Source: Laetmonice hystrix (taxonomy: Eukaryota). Taken from it: DNA of 64,000 nucleotides. The notes below the pieces were generated by a model. That model did not search any database and had not been told where the DNA came from. It saw only the letters and a list, made by a program, of their open reading frames with translations. Made by a program: the position numbers and the translations under genes. The stretch is from positions 51,772,001 to 51,836,000 of the forward strand of contig OZ249436.1 in NCBI GenBank assembly GCA_965235115.1, read 5' to 3'. This document shows positions 1 to 14,800 of this stretch, piece by piece. The stretch's first letter is position 1; each line of letters starts with the position of its first letter.

Positions 1-48
1 CTCAGCTGTTTCCGGTAATAAAGTATCGTTTTCTCTGTCTTGCTGTAG

Positions 49-323
49 CTCTTCCAGCCCTGAATCTCGAACTAGTCACTACGAACTACCTTGGAGGACC
101 TTTAGAGTGGAAGCTCATCAGGGCCGATGTGCAGGCGGCCATTAAAAAGCCAACGCTACCCAAGAACGCCTCCAAACTGAGCATGGAGGAAGTGGACGTT
201 TACTATGGCATTCCTGTCATTGAATTCATCATGCTGGAACCGAAACGGATGGGGCTGTGGAGTGGGCGTTACGCTGACAACAAACGGCCAGCCCGGGTCA
301 GGGACCGCTGTACTATCATGTGA
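49..323 (+). CDS. Terminal coding exon of a convergent gene, ending in a CaaX prenylation-type motif (...DRCTIM*); product unknown
   Basis: Pyrimidine tract + AG acceptor (ttttctctgtcttgctgtag) ends at 48. The frame is open from 51 to TGA at 321-323 and includes the ORF-track peptide 129..323. AT-rich UTR-like sequence follows, with AATAAA near 697. Confidence 0.55.
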
Positions 324-2717
324 CCTCCGGTGTATACACACCTGTTTTCTATGAGACACCCCCCCCGGTAGCACAGAGAAAAAAACTTTCCAAAATTCTA
401 GAATTCGAAAGAAAAACTAGGTTTGTATATAAGAGTTTTGTTCCTGTATATAAAGTAACTTAGGTCTTGATGACTATATAGCGTACGGACTGTTTCTTTA
501 TTTGAAGACTTGAACACGTCCTAAAATTGTGATTTTTCTACCTATAACGAGTGGCGTTATTTGTACAAGATTGGACTTTGTAAGGGTGTCTGCCATGCAG
601 TGAGACATTTCTCCGGATTTCAGAGAAACGTTTGGTGAAGCATATGTGAACCATGATTTTAATCAAATGTAAATATATATTTTAAGGGAGAATTTGAATA
701 AATTGTAATGAATAAGGCGCATTACAACATTGCCTTTTCAAAAGGGATTTCTAACCAGTCGTCCAGATTCCAGGGCTTCCGGCGACTAAGAGCAAAATTT
801 GATTTTATTCCTCGAGTTCTGTAACTTTAACGTATAGTCTTTTGGTAAAGAAAAAGGGTTGAATCGAAATAGGTGCGAAATAGTATACTAATAAAAGCCT
901 AGCCCGAGTTTGTGCGTATAAGTCGATTGGGTTAGGTGCCCTCCAACATTCTAAGAGAGGTCCGTGACCCAAAAAAGATTAAGACCCTGATTTATACCAG
1001 TTCAGGTCCATATAATGCAAATGTGAGACCTTGACGAAGGGCAATGCGAGCGGTGATGGCAGGCACATAGTTCAAAGGGTCCGAAGGTATAGGCGGTAAA
1101 AACAACAGGTGATGGTTAAATAAAAAAAAAACACGAAATATATCCATAGTTATGGACGTCTTGATTTTTTTTATTGAGAATCTTTTGACAGGTTTGTCAG
1201 TGACAAGAGATATAAAACCTGTTTTGCATTCTTCCCTACTACATGTACATAGTAATGAGAATTGGCGCTTTCAGCTTTCAATCTTTGTGCAGTTGTGGTT
1301 ACGACAAAACAACCATCTAGATCGGACCTAAAACTGTGTCATTCAAGATGCCATAACTGACGACATTTCTGTTAAGGACGACAGCAATCACACGTTATAC
1401 AATGCACAAAACTGTACCATATTATGTACATGATGCGTATGCTATATCAATGAAACGTAATAATTACAAAAAGTGGATTATACAAATATTATGAGTATAA
1501 CGTTTATCTTCAAAAACAAACGTCGATCGCGTTATTTTCTAGAACGATTTTATATCGAGAAATTAAAAAGAAACGCAACCAGGACAAACGTGTAAAGCGC
1601 GACTACAGCCTGCACGTGGACGATCTATTGGTGTAATTTGTCAAACAATAAATATAAGAACAAATTAACAAATAAACAGGGGTTAATTTGATTTCAGATG
1701 ACCTTGGAATAACAATGCCGCCCATAGCCTACATATACATTAACTGGTCATATTAAGAATTACCAAACCAGTATTCAGAACAATAGACTCGTAATACAAT
1801 GGTTATCTTATTCATGTTTTTCTCCTTTTAACCCATTAATATATAGCCTCCACCTATGGTAGCCATAGACAAAGTGATTATAGGAATTTTACCATCTTTA
1901 TCGTAAGGATGGCTGTATGTTGACAGAAGGACGTATAATATTGGGTCTTCGCGGAGTTTTCCTATATGATATACGGCAAAACGTTTCACTCAGGTTCACG
2001 CACTGACGTCACATTCACGCAGGCAGTGGCGTATACCTATAGGGTTAAGGTAAGGGGTGGGTGGGAAGTTTGGCCACTTCCTTCTGAGGCTCAAAGGATA
2101 AACCAAAGCAGGCCTACTCTACCGCGTTAGGCCACCGAGTCCCTCCCTTCTGTTTTATAAAACTGGACTGCCCCTCTCAGGCCTACCCCTAGTTCGGGAT
2201 TTTTTAAATAAGCCGCTGCATACAGGGATGTAACACACTAAAATCAAAGTTCAACCATATTTCCCTCGTTAATCTCGTCCCTGTTTCATCAAGAAAGAAA
2301 AACGATATGTAATAAAGAAAGCTTCCCTGCTAAACCCCCCTGTCGCTGATGATGCAGTGGTATAGGCCTATTGTCCCCATCCTCTCTCACACCCAATGCG
2401 GGTACGTTCAGTAATACTGGAACAGCTTGTATATTTTTACAGCATAATATGAATCCTTGGCATACATATTATATCTAAGCCTTCTTTTTCATAGGGAGTA
2501 CACAATGTTATTAGATCTTTTGTCGTCAAATGCCACGATTAGTTTGTCCAGCAGATCCCTTTCCCATCCTGCATGCGCATGCGCGATGGGCCTAATATCT
2601 GATGTCACAGATGCCGAATAATTGAGCGAAATGCAACAGTTCGGCAGTGAATAATTGGTGAATGTCAGGCTTCCCGCTAGAGGGCACTGCTGATGCCTAC
2701 GATGCAGCGTGGACCTG

Positions 2718-4916
2718 TTACTTTTTCTTGTTAAGTGGAGTTCCTTCAGCTTCGAATCGCCCCTGCGGGATTTCATCTGGTATAGAGAAAAGTATCGGTG
2801 TGAAATACTTGATTATTTCAAATGAAATAAGGTTTGTCGGAATATGGCCTAGATCTAGGCCTACATACAAGCCAGCATACAGACTTCCATACAATTCTAC
2901 AGCTCTATTCACAGAGAGGACCTTGTTCTTATTTCTTCAATCTCAAATGGTTTGAAATGTCAAAGATGGCTTACCGTTACATCTGTATACGAGATCAGAC
3001 CAGATGACGTGTTCCTGTGAGAAACAGAACACACCCAGTCGACCACCGCGGTGCGTGGTGTCGATGATGTTTCCAGAATCTGCTACCAGTTGTACGTCCT
3101 CGTACAGCACCACCCTGTGGAAAAAAACGGGAAACAAACTTATAACGAGTTTATAACACGCCAACGGACGCGGGCGGGCGGGCAGGCGGGCAGGCACGGT
3201 GGGACAGAAGGAGGGTAATTCGTTTCAGTATAGTTGTATGTGGTAGGCTATGAATCTTTGAATCTGAGTAAAATTACTTCTAAATACTTCTAATGAGATG
3301 AATAGTATATGCAAGTCCAGATTATCGGCAGGGGCAAGGTTCAAGAAGGACAGCCAGGCCTCTTGTCCTTGCTGCCCGTCTGTATACCTGGTATGAGGCC
3401 TACGACAACAAACCGTACCTGATGAGGCCGATGGACGGGCGGTGCATGAGTTCCCAGCGGTAGGCCGTCTTCTCCCGCCATCCGACGTTACGCGGGTCCT
3501 TCCACAACAGTTTTACCTGTGACGGTATAGGTTACACAGGTGTTACAATGATAGGCCGATATCATGCGCTCATTCTATACTTACTACTTTTTATAATATT
3601 CCACCAATGCATTTGTATAAATAAAGTCTAATATAGCTTGACGTTAAACACTTTTCTACTACAAAAAGAGGTCCACTTCATGTAAGCAAGCCAGCAAAAA
3701 CACTCGACCACCCAGTTCGTTAGTGTGCGGGAATCATGTAACTCCATTAACTTTCGTTATCTATGCCCTTTCTTGCTGTTTTTCTCTTCTGTTTGAATGA
3801 GACGTTTTGAGTACCTGGTTGGGCGTATTGCCGGTGTGCCAGAGGGAGTTCCGTAACATTTCGCCTGGCCCGCTATTGGATGCCACAGCCTTCAGTTGTA
3901 TCCCAGGCTCGGCCACCGCCCTGAACGGCGTCGACTGCCAGTAGGTCTGAGCGGCCTTCTTCCACATGACCACGTAGAAATTGGAGCTATCTTGGTAACT
4001 GTGGACAATTTAAACAAAATAAGTCAGTACAATGTCTCCGTAATCGGTACAAAACGCGTACCGTTTTAAGAGGATCGCACAAAAATATCTTACCTGAAAA
4101 TAAAACCGGCGTAATCGTCGTCCATGTCTGTGTTTACGAAGAAGGTACCGCTAAAGTCGACGCCTCCGAATGCAGTAAATCCTACAAAATAATTTTTCAT
4201 TTTTAATACTGTTTGATCATAAAGATGTCAATCGAGTCTGTTTTGAGATAGATGTTACTATGACCTGGACATTGAATAATGCTAATTACCCAAAGGTCCG
4301 CAGATGGGAACTTAAACGGGTAGGCATATACACTTGAACGCTTTTCCTCACCTAAAGAAGCGTGTAACAAATCAAAATGGATCTAAACCACCAAACATAT
4401 CTGAGTGGACCATATTCTATAGCAACAGTTTGTGTCCTTGGAATGAGAAAGTTTACGTACCAACAGCCAGTCCAGGATCACTGTTCATGGTCTGCCAGAT
4501 TTCCGCACCCTGTCAAGCACACGAAAATGTGAGAGGAGGTTGTAGTGAAAAAGTCATAAATAGGTTTAGATATGGGCCTCTTGGTCAATCATTGGTATTG
4601 GTTGGGGCCTGCAGTTCAGCCAACATGGTAACGTTTTTTAAACGTTTATCAAACGTTTCTAGCTGGGTTTGGACGATAAGTTCATTGACCTATACTGCCG
4701 GTTGTTCTTTCCCTGTATAACAATCTTACTACCATACCTGGTTCAAAATGACCCAGTTGGGGTCAATCTGGGAGTCACCCTCGGGGTCAAGGACGACGGT
4801 CTGATAGGCCCGGAAGTCGGTGAGGTAGACCTCGCCGTTGTCAGGACATACGTCATCCTTATCCAGCGTTCCGTCACCGTCAAAGTCGCCGTCACATACG
4901 TCACCAACACCATTAT
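2718..4916 (-). CDS. TSP: Thrombospondin C-terminal lectin-like domain exons (plus last type 3 repeat)
   Basis: Exons 4738-4916, 4461-4509, 4094-4181, 3815-3998, 3419-3516, 2975-3114 and 2718-2776, all GT-AG. Translation ...[87 protein letters not shown]...[13 protein letters not shown]...[44 protein letters not shown]. Confidence 0.95.
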
Positions 4917-7900
4917 CTGAGAAACCAAGGAAAGACGATTACAGAGGCCTGACAGACAGAGGCGTTTCTAAAGATTAGGGGCCGAAACAAGCCTCCAATA
5001 ACATTATTCTTCATCTAAGTGATTTAATAACTTTCAACAAGCCTGCAATAAACCTTTCATTCTACTTAGGATGGGTCTGATTTTATTCATGCAACACTGA
5101 ACATATTATTTGGAGTGATGGTTTAAGAAGCCAGTGAAATGGTTGGTTACCATCCGAGTCGAGTTGGTCAGGGTTAGGGATGAGAGGACAGTTGTCATTA
5201 ACGTCCAGAATCCCGTCACCGTCGTCATCATCATCGCATACGTTACCTGAAAGTAAATACCCACTTCTATCAGTTCTTCTATCATTTCAAACATGTAGAG
5301 CCTCTGACAGAAAGGTCGATATCTAGACGTTAACAAAATAAGAAATCATCGACACTCTCATGGTGCGGACTTGTGAATTCAACTTGCTGTCTGAGGCTGA
5401 CCGGAATTAAAATTGAAATTGAAGTCTCCAGGTGAACTCACGGAAATGGTTTGATAAGTTCAGAGGTCAGTGTGAACTCACCCAAATGGTTTGATAAGTT
5501 CAGAGGTCAATGTAAAGTCACCCAAATGGTTTGATAAGTTGATAGATCAATGTAAACTCACCCAAATGGTTTGATAAGTTGAGAGGTCAATGTGAACTCA
5601 CCCAAATGGTTTGATAATTTGAGAGGTCAATGTGAACTCACCCAAATGGTTTGATAAGTTGAGAGGTCAATGTGAACTCACCCAAATGGTTTGATAAGTT
5701 GAGAGGTCAATGTGAACTCACCCAAATGGTTTGATAAGTTGAGAGGTCAATGTGAACTCACCCAAATGGTTTGATAAGTTGATAGATCAATGTAAACTCA
5801 CCCAAATGGTTTGATAAGTTGATAGATCAATGTGAACTCACCCAAATGGTTTGATAAGTTGAGAGGTCAATGTGATCTCACCCAAATGGTTTGATAAGTT
5901 GATAGATCAATGTGAACTCACCCAAATGGTTTGATAAGTTGAGAGGGCAATGTAAACTCACCCAAATGGTTTGATAAGTTGATAGATCAATGTGAACTCA
6001 CCCAAATGGTTTGATAAGTTGAGAGGTCAATGTAAACTCACCCAAATGGTTTGATAAGTTGAGAGGTCAATGTGAACTCACCCAAATGGTTTGATAAGTT
6101 GAGAGGGCAATGTAAACTCACCCAAATGGTTTGATAAGTTGAGAGGTCAATGTGAACTCACCCAAATGGTTTGATAAGTTGAGAGGGCAATGTAAACTCA
6201 CCCAAATGGTTTGATAATTTGAGAGGTCAATGTGAACTCACCCAAATGGTTTGATAAGTTGAGAGGTCAATGTGAACTCACCCAAATGGTTTGATAAGTT
6301 GAGAGGTCAATGTGAACTCACCCAAATGGTTTGATAAGTTGAGAGGTCAATGTGAACTCACCCAAATGGTTTGATAAGTTGAGAGGGCAATGTAAACTCA
6401 CCCAAATGGTTTGATAAGTTGAGAGGTCAATGTGAACTCACCCAACTCGTCGCTATCAATGTTAAGCTGGTCGGCGTTAGGAATGCTGATACAGTTATCC
6501 TTGTCGTCCTGGACACCGTCGCCATCCCTGCCAGGTAATTAATGAATGAATGAATGAATTAATTAACATACCAAATATGTACGTCTGAGTTCCGGCTCCA
6601 AGCAAGGTTATTATAACACTTCTCCACGATACCATGATAAGGTTATGGTAATTTACCTGTCATCATTGTTGTCACATACGTCTCCCAGGAGATCGTTATC
6701 GATATCGGACTGTCAATTACAAAACAAGAAACCATATAATACATCAAACCAATAATGCAGCAGGGCGAAAATATATGTTATAAATGTAAAGTTTTACCAC
6801 AATTCACGATTCCCTACATTTATCTCTCAAAGTTCAAACCTTCATGTTTGTGGGACGAGCACGGCTCTTAATAGCCTCCTAAACTTTTAAAACGCCTCTG
6901 ATTGGCTGGACTATTGCAGCCAGCCAATCAGAAGCCTTGACCTCAAGGGTAAACAACAAAATTATGTTTTTGAAAAATCGCCTTATCCAAAAATCTAAGG
7001 TTAGAAAACTCGGGCCCAGGCTGTGGCACTGACCTGGTCGGGGTTGTAGAGGAAGGGGCAGTTGTCACAGACGTCACCGAAACCGTCACCGTCCGAGTCC
7101 CTCTGGCGGGGGTTGGCTACCAGCGGACAATTGTCGTTTTCGTTGGTGATACCTGAAATAGTGTGTCATGTAGGTCTATACAAATATAAACGGCATGTGG
7201 AGTCACCGCGGCCGCTGCCACGTTCACGTTTCTAGATTATTCATTACCTTGATCCCAATAAACAAATGTTATATCTCTTACGAAATGGTCTAACCCTACA
7301 TCGTTCACGTTTCTAGACCCACCCCTCCCGTCCTACTACCCGGATCTACCCCTGGACTGATCATAATATATTGCCGCACCCCTTTTATCCTAAATGTCAG
7401 GGGAACGTGTCGTTTATTACTTCATAATCATTCCACGGCCGGGTATAGTCTAACCTCTCCTCGCCTGGCCATTGCGTAAGCGCAACCAGTAGGACACACA
7501 ACGAGAGAAATGCAAGGACCCGTGCGATAGGCTTGTTAGGTAGTGCCTAGTTCTATCTACCTGTTCCATGAGGCAGATAGTCATGGACCTTTCCCAATGC
7601 CTTTATGGATCACGGGTATAGAGCCACATCGTAGGCCTCTACTACTGAATATTCTTGTGATTACAGATGCCTACAACGTCTGCTAGCATTGGCATAGAGG
7701 ATTCAGTATAGAATAGTTTCCCTGTGTCATTTGACAGAGAATGAGCTCTCCAACAGATGAAGAGGTACAGGCATATGATAGGGCAACAGAGATGTCTAAT
7801 AGTGCATCCTAAACAGTAGCTGAATTTGAGTCTCAACTCCTTTCAAACCAAAATGAAACGGTTTTTATGCATACCTATATGCCTATAGGCACAAGCATAG

Positions 7901-8846
7901 ACACAACTGGTAGGTATCCATACCAATATCTATGTATAGGTTGGTATGCAAAAAACCTTGAGGTAAAAATGGGCATAAATGTGACAAAATTAGTACGACA
8001 TGTCAGCAAAAATAGGCAGTTCCGAATTCTGGTGTTTGAGTAGGGTCGTATGGGGGTCGTCGTATGAACAGGTTACCTTTTCAGTTCACAACGAACTTTA
8101 GACTATCCCTTTGTCCCCTCATGGGTGCATCCAAGACGGGGTTACTTAAATTTGTAACCATGTGAATCAATAAGTCGAAACTTAAGTTCTTAAGCTTAAG
8201 ATTAAGCTTAACGTTTATTGGCTGGTCTGTTTAGACCTTTCCCAATGCCCAATTTAAGTTGTGAAAAACTGGACCCTGAATAGCATGTAGTTATTTTTAC
8301 AACGGCGGATGTGGCCACCTACCGTCATCATCTGCATCCGGGTCACAGGGGTCGCCGAGTCCGTCGCCGTCGGTGTCGGTCTGGTCGGGATTGGCGACGG
8401 TCGGGCAGTTGTCGCAGGCGTCGCCGACGTGGTCCGGCTTGTCGACATCAGACTCACCGTCTGTGTTCTCCTGATTCGGGTTGGGCGTCAGCGGACAGTT
8501 GTCCTGGCAACGGAAGAGCGGACGGCACGGTAACGACCAACTTCAAACATTCAGGTACACAATGGAAACACCATAATATTCACAGGCCAGACTTTCATGT
8601 TAACACAAAGACAAAACATATATAGAGACGTTAATGGTGTCTGATGATTCCATAATCTTTATAGGCCTATGACGTAAGAGGTCCTGCTAATGACGCCAAT
8701 AGTGTGTATGACGTCACAACGGACTCACAGGGTCGTTAACAATGCCGTCATCATCAGCGTCCGGATCACAGGCGTCTCCCAGGCCGTCCTTATCGGCGTC
8801 CTCCTGTCCACTGTTCGGCACTACCGGACAGTTGTCCTGCAACAAT

Positions 8847-8877
<31 letters not shown>

Positions 8878-11800
8878 AATCAATAGTCACTGCAGTCCGT
8901 GCGGGACCACCGGTAGTTGTCTAGGACAATCCAGCCAATCAATCAATCAGATAATTCAAGTTTTCTTCCCTTTAGACCTAAATAAATCCCTTCTCATCAT
9001 TGTTGTACTCACGGGGAAGCAGCGCGGATCGTCGCAGGCCAGTCGTATGTCAGGCCAACCGTCGAGATCTGTGTCACGACCACATACTTGACCATTACCG
9101 GCCCAGCCTACGTTACACTGCAAACACGAGCTTATATAAGTATCAGCCTTGAGATATCAACACCTGGTTTAGATGAGGATGGGTTGATATTATGAAACAG
9201 TCCCCAGCAAGGCTCAGATTTACACAACTTAAGCGCTTGCTTTATGGTAAAGCTTAACGCTTCTGATGAGCTCTATCAAAACCGTTAAGCAAGATCAGTT
9301 CAGTTTAGAAACAGCGAGGTGTACTGACCGTACAGAACCATCCAGGGATACCGCGTCTCATCGTACACCTGGCGTTGTCGTCACAGATCGTCTTACCGTC
9401 AGCACACAGACCCCTCTGGGCGATACAACCTGCTGATTGGTTACCTACGAAACCGCTCTCACACGGCCCGCACCGGTAAGAACCCTGCACGGTACAAGAA
9501 CATGGTCAAAGAGGTCGAGGGGGGAAGGTCAATGACACGAGAGATGAATCTATGAAAAGAATTATGAGACAACATAAAACTTAAAGTGAAGGTAAACTTG
9601 CAAAGAATTCTAAAATCGGCATTCTTAAAACACAATTTTGTAATACTTGGACAAATACTTCATTTTGGGTGTATTTCCTTTCAAAATTTGCGGGCATTGA
9701 ATTCAAAAAGACGATCGTCTTTTACCCGTCTGTTTTGGTTTTATGGTCAAGAGTTAGTGGAAAACGATTATAAAAATTATTTGTCCCTAATTAAGGGTAT
9801 AAAATGAATATCTTATCTGTGATATAGTGGCCTCCAACAGGATGGTCATATAAGAGGTAGAAATAATTTTCAATACTTTCTGCAAATTTGTTTAACCTTC
9901 CCTTTAAAGAGCATCTGTATTGACTCGGAGTCGGCCATCAAAAGTCGGCTTTGGGCCTATTGATTGCACCTACTTTCATACTTATAAGGGAAAACTAGGA
10001 AATCCGCCTGGTGTGGCAACAATTAATCAGCTGATATGGGATATGGTGTTCCATCTAATTGGCACCAGGTATCTGGTAATCTGGAGTAAGACTTTAGGGT
10101 TTTCGTTAGGATTAGATCGTTTGAATTCAATCTCCGTATCCGGTGTTTGTAATAAACTAAAGTGGCAGCACGTCCTTCAGCAATGTGCAGTAAGGGAGTT
10201 CTGCTCTCGTTCAATGCTATATATAGACGTCAGTTCCTATGCTACAACATCTGATGGTCGTAGTTATCAAATATAACACTAGGTGGCTGCGAGCATGGCA
10301 GCACGTCCTTCAGCAATGTGCAGTCAGGGAGTTCTGCTCTCGGTCAATGCTATATATAGACGTCAGTTCCTATGCTACAACATCTAATGGTCGTAGTTAT
10401 CAAATATAACACTAGGTGGCTGCGAGCATGGTCTTTTCTCCTTCTCTTTTCTTTCTACCCTTGCCAAGGCAGCCAGGCGGAGAACTCGGACTACGGGTTG
10501 TCTAGTCTAACTAGGTCTAAAGACCCGCGCTTTAATTAGGCATATATACCTGAGTATTGATGCAGCTTGAATGGTGGACACAGCCACCATTCTCTGCGGC
10601 GCACTCGTCAATATCCTGACAAATCTGCACAGAGAGAGACATATAGGCGTGATTGGGTACATCAGAATCATACAATGGGTCAAAGAGTCATATAATGGGT
10701 CAGAGAGCCATACAATGGGTCATAGAGCCGTACAATGGGTCATAGAGCCATACAATGGGTCAGAGAGCCGTGCAATGGGTCATAGAGCCGTACAATGGGT
10801 CATAGAGCCGTACAATGGGTCATAGAGCCGTACAATGGGTCATAGAGCCGTACAATGGGGTCACAGATTCATGCAATGGACATGGTGCGTGGGTCATAGA
10901 GTCAGGAAACCATAAATTGACAATAAAGGTTGCTATCTAGTTCGATTTGGTACAAAACGGTTTTAGAAAAGAAATAATATCTATTTTGCCAAGGACTGGA
11001 CGTCGCAAGAAATCTCCGACGTGTCATCTGAATGACGACGCCAGTGCATGCCCTCCTTGGGGTCGTCCCTACGCCCCCGCACGTGCGTACTTGTCTGTTT
11101 CTCTTGGCGAACGCGATGCCGACCCCCTTGACGGGCGGGCTGTACCATCCGGGCGGGCAGTCTGTACACAGGTATCCAGGCGAGAGGTTCTGACACTCGG
11201 CAAGCGGGTCACACGGCCGCACCTCGATACACTGGCAATATATCAACAGTTCGGTCAGGGAATGGTTGCGGAACACTGCATGGCAAGGGTCAATCAGAGA
11301 AATGGTTCTGGAAGGATACAAGCCCATCTGTGCCAGTTATAGGATTCTGCAATCTGACACTAAAACACTAGCTGCTCCAGCCCTCGCCCCGTTCGTCGCC
11401 CCATACGAGCAGTCAGGGCTGGGGATCTTACCCCTGTTACCCTGGAACATTTGGATGTAGACATCCAAAATTTATCTTTAAAAATCGCAATGGGTCGGAG
11501 GGGGGGGGGGGGGAGGGGGGGGGGTGATCCCACTGTTTTATACCTCCAGGACCAGATCCTGTCCAGCCCTAGGACACTAAGATGTACATGGGCGACGCCT
11601 TTCTCCGCCATTCCTTTGTTTGTTTTTTAAACCCTTCACACTTTAACACCCCCCATCCCCACCCCCACCACCACCGACCTCATTGATGTCGATGCAGTTG
11701 ATGCCGTCGCCGGTGAAGCCCTCGGGGCAGGGTCCACACTGGTACCCCTCAGGGGTGTCCTGACACTGCACCCCGGTGAAACAGGGCGCGTTGTTACAGT

Positions 11801-14800
11801 TGATAACGTGTCTCCTGCACCCCTCGCGCGTTCCATCGCCTGCACACAAACCAGCAAGGAGTCAAGGTAAAGGCGCACTTTTTTTCAGAAGAAGCGATCT
11901 GAAGAAATCTGGTACCTCGCGTTGGGCAATAGTGAGGAATTAGTTCGAAATCTATTTGGCAAAAACATCGGCTAGACCTATCTCATACCTTTGTAGCCAG
12001 GAGGGCAGGCTTCACACTTGTAACCTCGGGCCGTATCGTGACACGTGACGCCTGGGAAACAAGGACCATCCGCGCAGACGATTGGTCGACATCCGTCACG
12101 TGTTCCGTCACCTGAAAAACGAGACATCACGGGAACCGATGAAAAACGATCACTATAATCTACTGTCGGACACCTTCGATAGCATCAACCCCTTAAACAA
12201 ATAACACCTTCCCGGCCTATTTCTTCAACCGATTACAGACGATACTATCGACAGCATCTGTATAAAGCTTCCCGATTGGTTACCACACCGTCAGTCTCTG
12301 ATGAGTCATCGGTTCAAAATCACATAAAATAGGCCATAGCATTTGCACGGTAACCCAGCGCCAACACTATAAGTTAACATATACATATATTAGGATGAGA
12401 GATTATCTGACCGGTCAGTCCGACTGGGCAAGGTCCACAACGGATGCCTCTCCCGGTGTCTTCACACGGCACGCCAGGGAAGCATGGGCCGTCCTCACAG
12501 CGCACGGGTCGACAACCGTCACGTGTTCCGTCACCGGTATATCCTGGTGGGCATTGGCCGCAGACGTAACCTAGCCCAGCACTTTGACACTCGACGCCCT
12601 GGAAACATGGGTTGTCAGCGCACGTCAACCGCCGACAGCCCAGCCTAGTGCCGTCCCCTTAACAAATTCAAGAATCACAAGTCAACAAAGTAGCCTACAA
12701 TTTCGGGGGGTTCACATTGCATAATTTCAGTTAGTTCTTTACAAAGAAGAAAATGCACACTGTTAGTCAAAATGACCCCTTATACACGAGGCCTCCTACC
12801 TTTGGTTTGCTAGAATGAAGTGGATATGGGAAAAGGTTAATTTATTGTGTTTAATATAAAATAACAGGAAACTTATATTATAAAATCAAATATAATTGAT
12901 TAATAGGATATTATGATATAATGAACAAACAGGAACTAGGGATTACTACCTAAAATTTATCATAAGGTTACAAATATATACGACTATAGAAATCAACATG
13001 TACTCTACAAAAGTTGGTATGTGGGAAGCGGTATAAAGAAACAGTAAGCGAAGTACCAACACATGCAGGGGACAACATGTCTTACCCGAAGGTACATGCC
13101 ACAATAAAATGTCAAACACGTCATGCTTTCAGCCTGATAGGGACACAAACAATACATAATAGGCAATTAAAATATGAATGATATAGCTAATAAAAATCTC
13201 GTTGAATTCCTGTCCATCAAATTCCCAAGAAACTGCAAGTAGGCCTAATCCTCTTTCACCATTGAAATATGCATGTGAATAATTATTAATGAGGGCAGGA
13301 TCCACATTTCAGTGTTATACCTGTGTATCCGGGCGGACAAGGGCCACACTGTGCCCCGGAAGCAGTATCATCGCAGGTTGACCCCGGGAAGCAGGGTTGA
13401 TCAGAACAACGCAGCACACGACAACCGGTGCGAGATCCGTCTCCTAGCAACAAGACATGCACCGCAACGATACGTCATCATGATCGAATATACAAATATC
13501 ATAATATATACCATATCCTTTCGTTCCGAGCTGCGCCAGGATCTAACTATACGTCCCGTGAACAGTATCCAGGTTGCCTACTGTGGGCTAAAATAAACGC
13601 GGCATCCATTTGACAGGATCTGTATCATGCAGCAGCTAGCATCCTCCGACCGCCTAAAGTTGAAAGAGTCATTCTGGTCCCGTGTATCTTCATTAACAGC
13701 TCTGTGGTGTAAATACTACTCTACACAAATGCTAGGAAACGGTCAGGAGCAAGGAGAAGGAAATAACTAATTACGTCTACTTCTATACTAGGAGTCTACT
13801 TCGCGTTAGACCGGAGAATTATTATTTAGAGCAAACTAAGTCGAATGGGTTCGTCTTAACATTGCTGCTCCTCGTATAGTCCGGATGATTTACTTAGCAG
13901 TCGTTGGCTTTAGATCGGACTAGGTTTGGGCAGTAGCTGGTCCTTGCCTGTGTATCCTGGGGGGCATGGGCCACACTTGATCCCACCGCGCCTTGTTTGG
14001 TCACATGACACACCGGGGTAGCAGGGTTGGTCTGCGCATGTCAGCAGACGACAGCCCTCTCTTGTCCCGTCACCTGTTCATCGAGTAAATGGTGCGACAT
14101 ACTGGTTACCATCGTTACCAGAGGTGTCGACACCAAGACCGTTACCATGTCGGAGAAATCGATGATAATATCTGATGGGAATCGAAAATAGGAACATCCG
14201 GGGAACCAAACAGGCATGTAATTATCTTGTGCCAAGAACAGATCCTTCCAGTAGCCTTTAGATATCCATTATGTAATGACTGAATCGTTTTTCAAAATCT
14301 ATGGTTGCATTTCTGTGACCTTATTGACTATCAGCTGGTTACTAAGTTTCCCTGACTTTGAATGAAAAGGATCGATGGGATGCTGTAAAATTGCAAAGGG
14401 ACAATTCAACGTATAACCTAAGACTTAAAGATTTCCATAACTCTCATGAACAACAGTTTACTTGTAAAACAATATTTACAGAGACAGCAAATTTATAATG
14501 GATTAATCATAAAGTGGGTAGATTTTACAAGTGCTCAAAGGAAACCAAGTTCCTATAGTGTGCCCATGACAACTTCCCTGTCTGAACCTGAGTGCTATAA
14601 AGAAGGCAACATATTGTTTTCCCTAGCATGCCGTCCTATTGCTATTCTAAGAGACAGGAAACAGGAAACGGAAGGGCAAACATAAAAACGCCACCACCCG
14701 GTGTGTGTCAGTACTAACGTTATGTTTACAGTGCCAGAACGAGACAATCACCATTCAAACCCACTCCTACACAACGACGAGTGCACAAAACAAAGAAGCG

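Noticed and set aside
5431..6445. CRISPR-like appearance of the regularly spaced repeats (also 39975-40582 and 62161-62552)
   Set aside because: Units are head to tail with no unique spacers, there are no cas genes, and the context is eukaryotic.
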